From Setoptus koraiensis (Eukaryota; Animalia; Arthropoda), in the NCBI GenBank assembly GCA_048013815.1, contig CM106585.1, positions 8,928,001-8,992,000 of the forward strand: a DNA stretch of 64,000 nucleotides. The letters run 5' to 3'. Every line of letters begins with the position of its first letter. The stretch's first letter is position 1. Positions 48,501 through 58,658 of this stretch are shown piece by piece. The notes under the pieces were generated by a model, which was given only the letters and a program-made list of their open reading frames with translations, made no database searches and was not told the DNA's origin. The translations under genes were made by a program, and so were the position numbers.

Positions 48501-50612
48501 TCTGTTTCCACACACAATCGAGTGCAATAGGCCACATGATAGATTGTGCCGGTGGCACCACAGGACACCTTTCCAGGAACTCGCCACTCAACTGTGCACA
48601 ACGAGTGGGGCGATAATAGCTCGTTACTAACGACTCGTTACCCGCGACAATAGGTGTGGATATTCATGAGTTCATGAGTTCACGGGTGCACACACTAGCG
48701 GACACATTAGCGGATATCTGTGGATACTTGCCGATTGAATGCCATGCCAGCGCAAGTTCACATCCGCATTCGGCGGGCCCTTAGCGCGCGACATTTGTTT
48801 AGCGAGAGACATTGTTATTTATCCGACTCTGTCACTATCAGCAGTACACATGTAACAGCTATTTGGTGTGCATTTATTTACCTGCAAAATACGTGTAACA
48901 ACACGCCATTCCAGAGTTGACTCGATCAGCTCTGGAGAGATCTAGCGTTGGCCGCTGCCAGACGTTACTGCCAGCAACGTACGTAGAGTACGTTGCCTAC
49001 AACGGGCTGCAGTGGCCTTTTCCGGTTCTCCAACACGCCGGCTCGGTGAACTCTGACTGACATGAATTGTCTGGCATTTCTAGAGAATCGCAGCGGCGAT
49101 AATTTAATAAACAATTTTAATTATTCGCAAAATGGCTCAGTCAACGGAGCTATCTGATTTTATTTTATTCATTCGTTGTCGCGCTCAATTCATAGAAAAA
49201 CAGCCTAATGTTGGCAATTGGCATAAGACAACATTCATCGAATTGAATGCATGAATGAGAGACAACGGGCTGGGGGCATCTCCGGCCAGCGCCACGACAA
49301 TTGTCAACAACAATTGTCAACAATAACTTAATAATTTAATAATTTGTACACAGTCAATTGTAAACAGGCTGTCATTGATCCAGCAGGGACATTTGTGGTT
49401 GTTGCTGCATCAGATAACTCTGGCGTGATTGAAAGGCACACTTATGAGCTGAGAGCGACGAACGTGACCATCAATGTTTGAGATGCTGTCAGGTTTTGGG
49501 CAGGTAAGGACGCGATTGGCCGGTCGTGACTGGTCTCGCGCTCGTTAATCTTTTATCGAGTCGAGCCCGGCTCAATGAGAGATGCTGTTGATATGTTGAA
49601 GATGCGCCGTCGCTAGAATTAATAGTAATTAACAATTTCGTTGCCATCGTCAGCTCAAACAAGTGGCTGGCGCGGCGCAAGATACGCCAGGCAGCTCAGA
49701 TACTCTCGCTCTCTCTCTCTCTCATGTGCACAATTCTAGAATTTTTGCCAACAAGGAATTAATCCTAATCCAAGTGCAAGTCCGAGTCTCAGCTCCGGCT
49801 TGAGTTCAAGCTACCCAGCACAACACCAGCTAGCGCCATTCGGGCTAGGAACGCTCCAGTGATATTTTGTCTGATTTTCTATCTGTTTCTATCTGTTTGT
49901 TTGTATGTTTGGCTGCTGGCAATGCTGCGAAAAATATATGCTAATGCAGACACGGAATAAGAAGTAAACTAGTTTCACTATCACCTTTGCACACTGTACA
50001 CTGTACTGGCGCGCTGCTGTCACCTCGCCACTAGCCACACTAATGGCTAAAATCTTGATCTTGACTCCCACATAGATTGTGCAGTGAGCAATTAGAGACT
50101 TGCAAGCTTTTATCATATCACGTTCATATCATATTATATTAGTTATCCGGCGACTTGCGCTAGCAGCAACTGCTATTTATAAGCGCTATGCAAAGTCCCG
50201 ACTCAAATGCATCTCGAGTGGAGCGTGTGCAACAATTCAATTATCTATGCAACTTATTATTAGACTTGTTAGTTAGTATGTTGTAGCAAGTGTCCGGCGA
50301 GCCACTAATAGCAATAGCTGGCTGCAGCACAACAACAATTTAATACCAACAATACATATTTAACCTGATAGCTGCCATTGATTAGTTAGTTAGTGCTAGC
50401 TATCGGAGCTCGGCACACCAGCCAGCGAGCGAGTGCATATCAGCAGCAGCAGCACCAGTAGCACCAGTAGTTGTCCATCATTAGCGTAGTTGACCATCGC
50501 CAGTGTCACCGGAAGTGAGGCGAGCTTCAGCAGCAAGCTCAATTGTGCCAGTGGCAGCAAACAACAACAAAAGACAACAAGCACCTTCATCAACACAAAC
50601 ACAACAACCAGT

Positions 50613-53357
50613 ATGAGCTTTGTGGGTCCCCTCCTGCCGGCTCTAGTTCCGCTGACCACATTGCTGTGGATCAGGGCGGCCGATCACTCTGTCACCATCA
50701 GCAGGAACGATTGGGAAAATGAATACGATTACATCATAGGTAAGTGTGCGCTCGTCGCGTCGGCCCATGAGTCGGCCCATGAGTCGGCCTCATGATTCGC
50801 CAGTCATGACTCGCGCCACTCATGAGCTAATGAATAATTCAACCAGCGTCCCGTGGCATGCAATTAACAAAATAAACATCTAACCACTCACCGTCGATAT
50901 TGGGCCCATCGCGAATCGCTAATCATCCAGTTGGCGGCGGCTCCTCTGGCGCTGTCATGGCCAACAGACTCAGCGAGGACGAAGATAAAACGGTTCTTCT
51001 TTTAGAAGCGGGCGGGAGTGAGAACATACTGTCGGATATACCCATCGCGGCCGCAACCCTGCAGCTCACTCCCATAGACTGGGCCTATCAAACGGAACCG
51101 CAAGAGGCCTCGTGCTTCGGTCTGGTCAACAGGGTAAGTGCTCTCATATTATAGTGTATCAGCTATATTGTATATCGGCCAATCAGCGAGCCACCAATTA
51201 ATTCATGTCAACTAATCAACTCTCTGTCGTGTCGCGTTGTGTTTCGTCGTGTTTCGTCGTGTTGCGTCGTGTCGCGCGCAGCGGAGTCGCTGGCCACGTG
51301 GACGGGTTCTTGGCGGCTCGTCCGTGCTCAACTACATGCTCTACATAAGAGGCAATAAGCGCGACTACAACAGGTGGGCCGCCGAGGGCGCCGACGGCTG
51401 GAGCTGGGCGGACGTGTTTCCCTATTTCCTCAAGTCGGAGGACAACAGAGACGAGGGCTTCGCGACCAACGGTAAGTCACCGCAGACTGCACTTGCAGCA
51501 GCAACTCGATCACCAGCAATAATTCACCCATGATCGACTCACATCATAATTCGTATCATAACTCATATCAAATCCCCCTGTTTGCACACCCACACGCACC
51601 CACGCGCAGGGTACCACGGCACGGGCGGCTACCTGACCGTGTCGACGCCACCCGATCCGTCGCCCATTGGCCAGGCCTTCCCGGAGGCGGGCAAGCATTT
51701 GGGCTATCCCACGTCGGACCTAAACGGACCCGTGCAGGCGTCCTTCTCGATACCCCAGGGCACAATTCGTCGGGGCGCTCGTTGTTCCACTTCGAAGGCC
51801 TTCTTGCAGCCGGCCCGTAACAGGCCCAATTTGCACGTCATCACATTTGCCTACGTGAACAAGATATTGTTCAATTCGGAGAAGCGAGCCGTGGGCGTTC
51901 AATTCGAGCGCTTCTCGCTAACCAATGTAGTGTATGCCAACAAAGAGGTTATTGTATCCGGCGGCAGCATAAATTCGGCGCAATTGCTCATGCTGTCGGG
52001 CGTGGGACCCGCGGATCATTTGCGCTCGTTCGGTATACCCGTTGTGTCTGATTTGCCCGTTGGCCAAAATCTTCAGGATCACATTTATCCGGCGCTGCCG
52101 TTCACCGTGGACCGAAAGATAACATTGGTGCAAAGGCGCGTTGTGACATTGCCCAATTTGGTTACCTATTTCTCGTTGGGTCGCGGACCCATGACGGCGC
52201 TGGGCGGCGTGGAGGGTCTCGGTTTCATCAAGACCAAATATACCAACGCCAGCGACGACTGGCCAGACTTTCAGATACACATGCTGACCGGATCGCTGGT
52301 GTCGGACGACGGCCAAACGTTCAGGCGAGTGCAGGGCGTCACTCAGGAACTGTTTGAACAGGTGTACGTGCCCTACATGAACTATGACACATTTAGCATG
52401 TATCCGGTGCTGTTGAGGCCCAAATCGGTGGGCTATATCAAATTGCGCTCAGCAAATCCCAATGATCCGCCTATAATAGATCCGAAATATCTCACGCATC
52501 CGGACGACATCCATTCAATGGTGGACGCTATGAAAATAGCCATTGCCGTGGGTCTGGCGCCCTCATTTAGACAATACAATTCGGCACTGTTTACCACCGT
52601 GTTTCCAGGCTGCGAAATATACACTCTGTATTCGGACGCCTATTTGGCTTGCGTGGCTCGCGTTTACACCAGCACCATCTACCATCCGGTGGGCACCTGT
52701 CGCATGGGCAAACTAGAGGATCCGCGAACCGTTGTCGATACGCAACTCAGAGTGAAGGGTGTACAGGGTTTGCGGGTTGTCGATGCCTCCATCATGCCCA
52801 CCATTGTTTCGGGCAACACTAACGCGCCCGCCATCATGATAGCCGAGAAGGCGGCCGACATGATCAAGGGACGCAAGCTGGCGCCCTACGAGCCCGATCA
52901 CACTCCGCTGCAGGCGTCGCCCGCGAGCCCGGTGCCGCGCCACTTGAGTCCGGAGTTTAACATGGATCAGCTTATTGCCAAATTAAGAAACAAACGTGAC
53001 ACCTCCACAGTGAGCGTAACACAACAACAACAACACAAACCGACATTATTGTCGCGACAACAACAACCGGAAATAGAGTCACACTACAATTCACAGCAAC
53101 TGTTTAGGGAACAGTCACAGCAGCAGCAGCCGGCATTACAACCGCAACCAAGGCAACTTGTGACCCTTGAAGGAGAAACAGGACCAGAATATTACTTTGG
53201 CAACAGACTAAACGAGAGCACTCTATTGAACAGTGTAGCCACTCACATTTATCCCTCGTTTGCTGGCTTCTATTCACAACAACAACAACAGCCCAACGTT
53301 GCTGCCATTCATAAATTACATCAATCGCCGCCATATTTGATATCACCGGTACATTAA
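50613..53357 (+). CDS. GMC oxidoreductase (glucose dehydrogenase [FAD]-like), secreted, 4 exons, 755 aa
   Basis: Exons 50613-50739, 50931-51133, 51282-51471 and 51610-53357 are phase-compatible. Signal peptide, FAD motif [33 protein letters not shown], catalytic [10 protein letters not shown] and [17 protein letters not shown]. Confidence 0.95.
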
Positions 53358-54057
53358 ATGGGATCGAAATCAAAACCACTCAATGATTGAAGCTGTTCGT
53401 TTAAATCAATAATAATTAGGAGCATCTGCAAAGATTTTGTTTTTTAAATGACAACTAACAACTTGTAAAGCGAATAAGCGACTGAATAATCGGTGAGGGT
53501 TTCAACACAAACACACTATCAATTTAGATAGCATCAACATATATTTATATGTACCATTTGAACACTTCCTAAACAGCATTACTTAAATGCAATTATTTAA
53601 TTCATTAAACAAACACGAGTTTATAATCGACAACAATAGAGAGGATGATAGATTCAATAAACTAGACAATACATACATGTACAATATACCATCATTCGTT
53701 CAACAAGGGAATTCTCTCAATGTCCCTATTTTTCACAGCCCACGTTAGTGGCTGACCATCATTTCGACACTCAATGATACTCACAATTCAACGCAGAGTA
53801 ATCCCTACCTAAAGTAGTAGATTGTCATTTCACGAGTATAATAAATAGTTTTTTTTTATTGTGACTACACTGCCGGATTGTTTGCAATTCAATGCTATTG
53901 CGATACCAATTGTTACACTCCTTTGAGATATTCTGCTGTAGATCAGACTTCGAAGGGGTCGCCTGTTTTGATGGCTTCGTGCTGGTGAAGCTATTCATCT
54001 GGAAAAAAAGTGATATTAAATTAGATAATATTGATGTAACAATCGCAATTACACGTA

Positions 54058-55206
54058 TCATCCTTCGTGGTGCTCTTGCTTGGCCTTCCTTCCTACTCTG
54101 GAGACAAGAGGCGCTAGATCGTAATCTTCGTTCGAGGAGTCGCTGGAGTTGTCGCTAGAATCTGAAAACGAAGATATAAGGTTCGTCATAGACGGCAATA
54201 TACCTATACATTTGAGAACGCCCTTCGATTGGCACTGGCTGTGTGAATCTGTTCGCGCTAGGCACTCCCTTTTAGATGATTCATCGGGATCACTATCAGA
54301 ATCTTGGTCCTGTTTCTTCCTTTTCAATAGTTCATTAGTGGCCGTTGAGTTTACGGGTTCGAGTTTGGATACAGGTCCGCTGCTTTCGGACTGAGATTGA
54401 GCTGCTTTGTTGGCGGCCCTCCTCGAGCTTCTCGTCTCTCTACCACTGTCCATTGGTTCCGAGCCGGAGTTATGTGAGTGGCCGGCATTATCGTCGTCGT
54501 CGTCATCATCATCACTGTAGTCAGCACATAATCTACTGGGTGCTTTTGTCGCGCTTACCGGCTGACTTTTGTCGTCTTCGAGATCCTGGACGGCACCCGC
54601 TGAAGATGTTTTAGATGATGGCGGTGTTGTTGCTGGCTGTGACGCAGATTTGGGAACTATACGAATGAGATTGGATAATTTCTCACGTCTGATGCCCTTG
54701 GATGTTTCTGGTTTAGCACTGGACGAATCGGCCTTGGGAGTGCCGCCCCAGGTGAGCAGTTTTTGTAGTTTTTCCTCTTCTTCGTGACGGGACGACATAA
54801 TGCGCTTGTATTGCTCAATTACCTCCAATTCCTCTCGTCTTCTTGAGATCTCTTCTTTCAATTTCTGCTGATCCACTCCCTTCAAAAAGTCCACTTCGTC
54901 CTCATCGAGCTTACAAACAAAATTAGATAAGCGCTGAGCATCTTCAATCAGTTCTTGCTTTTGCATCTTTTGATCCATTAAACGCTGATACAAGGGTCTG
55001 GTGTCGTCAGCTGGATCAAGCGATTCAACATCGTCCACCTGTCTATCGATCAGATCCTTAGTGGCTTGCTCTATGGCGAGAGCTTTCTCTATTTTAGCGG
55101 CAGCTTCTTTGAGTTTGAGTTTACTTTCGGCATCCTCCTTGTCGTTGATAAATGACAATATTCTAAATGCTGGCTTTTCAGTAGTTGACTGGCTCATCTT
55201 GCTCAC
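54058..55206 (-). CDS. PSME3IP1: PSME3-interacting protein (FAM192A/NIP30), intronless, 382 aa
   Basis: DDTRPLYQRLMDQKMQKQE..LDEDEVDFL..RRREELEVIEQY matches the NIP30 N-terminal domain, and GILPS...FSDSSDNSSDS matches the conserved acidic Ser-rich C-terminal motif. Confidence 0.85.
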   Translation of the reverse strand: MSKMSQSTTEKPAFRILSFINDKEDAESKLKLKEAAAKIEKALAIEQATKDLIDRQVDDVESLDPADDTRPLYQRLMDQKMQKQELIEDAQRLSNFVCKLDEDEVDFLKGVDQQKLKEEISRRREELEVIEQYKRIMSSRHEEEEKLQKLLTWGGTPKADSSSAKPETSKGIRREKLSNLIRIVPKSASQPATTPPSSKTSSAGAVQDLEDDKSQPVSATKAPSRLCADYSDDDDDDDDNAGHSHNSGSEPMDSGRETRSSRRAANKAAQSQSESSGPVSKLEPVNSTATNELLKRKKQDQDSDSDPDESSKRECLARTDSHSQCQSKGVLKCIGILPSMTNLISSFSDSSDNSSDSSNEDYDLAPLVSRVGRKAKQEHHEG

Positions 55207-55283
55207 TATTCAAATATCTCTTGTTTAGTTCACACAAAACAAGCTTACACAGGCCTGCAATGATAGAGACAGCTCGTGCCTGA

Positions 55284-55672
55284 GATAATTAATTAGTATA
55301 TAATTAGTTAATCGATTAGCTAATACAATAATAAAATTGTTTCATTATTTTCTATCTGCAACAATATCAACTGTTTGATAACAATAATTTTAGCCTCGAG
55401 ACCGGGCTTCGATGCGGCACGCTTTCGTTGAGGGCGTGACGCACACGACCGTCGTCAATGACACACCCCTCTCCTTATGTTGTCGTTTCGAGGCACCTCC
55501 TCCCAGGGAGACTCCCCTGTCTCCTACAACCCAGTAAGGTGTCAGATTTTTTTCTAATGGGTCTGTCAGCATAGATCTCGGCGCGCTCAATCCGATACGG
55601 ATAACCAGTTTCCTTTCTTTTTTCCCTTTCCTCTACTATTGTATTAGCTAATCAATTAACTAATTAATTATC
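55284..55672. other. GC-rich structured island between 30-bp inverted repeats (MITE-like element or ncRNA locus)
   Basis: 55301-55330 and the reverse complement of 55637-55666 match at 29/30. The interior (55391-55610) has several hairpins. No TSD or transposase found. Confidence 0.5.
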
Positions 55673-58658
55673 ATCCGAAATCTGATCAATTTTGCAAAAA
55701 GACGTGCGCGATAAATTGAGCGGTAACCATGACATTAGCGCACGTTTATTGCAATTTTCTCGCTTCTATATTTCTAGAAATTAGTGCACTGAAAATCATT
55801 GCCTTCATAAAGTGAAGGACGCACTAATTTCATTCACAGATTTCATTAACATACCCAATTTCGTTGACAGACCCATCCGAAAAAATCTGACGCTACCACC
55901 TACTTAGGCCCTAATTGGCGAGCTGCAGCAAGTAAATAAAATATTGATGTATTTCGCATGTGCAAGCACGGGCAAAATGTATGCAACAATAAACAGTCAC
56001 TCTGCACCCTACGGACGGAGATCGGAAAAGTCAGTTGAAAACTTTTCATACCTTTTTCTACTTTCAGTGATATTGTCTAATCATTCCAGTTGAAAGTCGA
56101 GCTACGAGATGAGCATTTTTTGGTTCGGCTTGGTTTGCAACAGTTTCTACAATGTATCTCAAAATAGCAAATACACATGTATTATCTCATACAGACAAGA
56201 GAAACTCGACGAGTGGATAGTCGCATACAAAGTGACATGGTGAAAGATGTCTAGACAGAAGAGTTGCTCAATAGCAAAATCAACACAGCTTGACAATCTA
56301 GATTATTATGAAGTGTTGAGGTGTTTTATAATGCTGCGATGCACCAAATGCACCAAATGCACCAACGATATCCGGATGCGTCAAATGAGTGTGAGCAAAT
56401 CACGATCCAGCGGAAGCAAGCGACCAATAAGCAAAGGCAATTCTAAAAACAATATAACACTCTGTTTGGGTTGTAACTAATCACTGGATAGTGGTTGTTG
56501 TTGTCGCTGAGCAAACACCATTATTGGGTGCGGCCCTCTCAATGAGGTGAATACTGCAAGAGTATCAGAGCTTAATTGATAAATATGATCTCTATGTGAA
56601 ATAACGAGGTGCGAGTTTACTTTGGTCAGCTCGATATCAGGTAACATAGAGCAAAAACTTTCTAGTTGGCTGTATTTGGGCCCATTCAGTAGCCACGGTT
56701 GACAGTGATTGACAGAGGCGTGCGCCCACAATGCCAATATTATCACTCTTGTAAACTATTTCTTTCTGTTCGATTGTCATGACAACATAGTAAGTGAGCA
56801 CAGGACGGAATATTTGTCAACAATAATAATCACACATCAATTGAACCTTGCCTAACTGGAGCAGTTGACCAACAGCAGTGCTTGGCCACATATTGGCCGC
56901 GGAGCTTAAGTTGCCAGGTTAGTTTTCATGCATAATAATGGATAATTCCACTATTTTGTTTACTGTTTGACGTGCTGTTTGACCACCGTGAATAATATAT
57001 CATCACATAATTACCACATGGATATCGCATGGATTATCATGCGATTGCTAGTTTGTGGTTGCAACAATACAATGACGAAAAGAATACATTGCAAATGTGT
57101 GATGGTCATGAACAGAGTGAATGACGACGAGATTCTTCATCCGGCTTTGTAATCTATAAATGAGATGAGCGACATCTCACTTTGAGATTATGCATACGAG
57201 GCACGTCATTTGATTTGTGTTGGATCACTGTAGCAGCAGCATTAGCAATGGCCGTATCACATCTTGATAACATAGCTCAACAGAGTACGCTGAGACTCTT
57301 AGATTAGTCAGTTCAATTGTGATTGATCCAGTGTTTTCCAGTAATTTCCTAGCAGCAAAAGTTTACTATCGACAAAAGCAAAGATAACGACGACTTGAGA
57401 TGTCACTGTCACTTGTCGGTGATGATGTGTCGTCTTATCAAGTTATTTGCAATCCTGTCAAAATGACAAATCAACAACAACAACAGCACTTAAAAGTAAT
57501 AGCTCACTAATGAGTTTATAATTAAGTAGCGTCAGCAACAAGTACCACGCAATAACAGGCTGCCTATATTGATTGGAAACAAAATATCATATAGGTAAAT
57601 AGCATTTCCAATTTGCATGTGAAATTCTTTCAGCCCAGTCATCCAAGTTTAAATAGCCTCAAGCCGTGTGACAGGGTTGCTTATTTAGGGTGTGAATAGG
57701 TTATTTAATGAGAAAATATTATGTTACCTCACAATAAACAAGGCGCAAGTTCGAAGAGCAAACAATCAGCAGCATTTATTAATTTAGCCAATATTTATAA
57801 TGAATCTCATTATTGGATTAAGTTAGCTCATCGTGGAGATTTCACGAGACTTGTCGCTGACAAGGTCGCACGACACCAATCAATTGCCAAAGCGGACATT
57901 GTAGCCGGCTATCAAGATTGCCCGTCGTGAGCCATAACTCAAGCCCTACAAAAATACAAATACAGAGCAGCGACATCACGTCATTATGGTTAGTATCATG
58001 CTCGAAACGTCCATCATCAATAGTCCACCAGAATAGACGCAACAACAACATTCAATGAGTAACGGGAGAGAGAGAGCGAGAGACCAATTAGGAGAAGAAG
58101 TGTTATTGTTCGTGCGCGATTGTCGTCATTGTTATTTCGAGAAATTTCCCCATTCCTGTTGGGGAAAACAACACAATTAGTTGCAATCAGATTGGCGAAT
58201 ATTGTTACAATATATCATTAGAGCATCTTGAAACGCCAGTACAGCATACATAGATATAAACATATATATATATACATATAAACAAGGTTTTGTGTACGGC
58301 GTGCGCAAATAACAACTACAATTGAAAATGCGACCAGTGATATCAGCAACTCATTAGCGATTATTATTATCATTATTACTATTACTATAATTATTATTTT
58401 ATCAATCATTCGAGACATGTACCAAGCATAAGATCGGGCTGTGTTATTGTCGACAGCGTGCTCGTCATTTAATGACAACTACCCCTAGTTAGTGCCATTT
58501 TCTGTTTTTTTTTTCTCTCTATCTATCTCTCTCTCTCTCGCTGACTGACTTTCTATAAGCTGACTACTGCTGTGGACACCGGTACCGAACTAGATAGTCG
58601 ATCAATTGTCGCAATTCAGGTGACAACCATCGCAGAGCATCGTCTAGAGGTCACTACG

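Noticed and set aside
48571-48579. TTCCAGGAA STAT site upstream of STAT (a second site lies at 1011-1019)
   Set aside because: About one such site is expected by chance in 64 kb; there is no cluster, so autoregulation is not supported.
55390-55590. 66-aa ORF inside the structured island
   Set aside because: It starts at TTG, has no recognisable domain, and is better explained as structured non-coding sequence.
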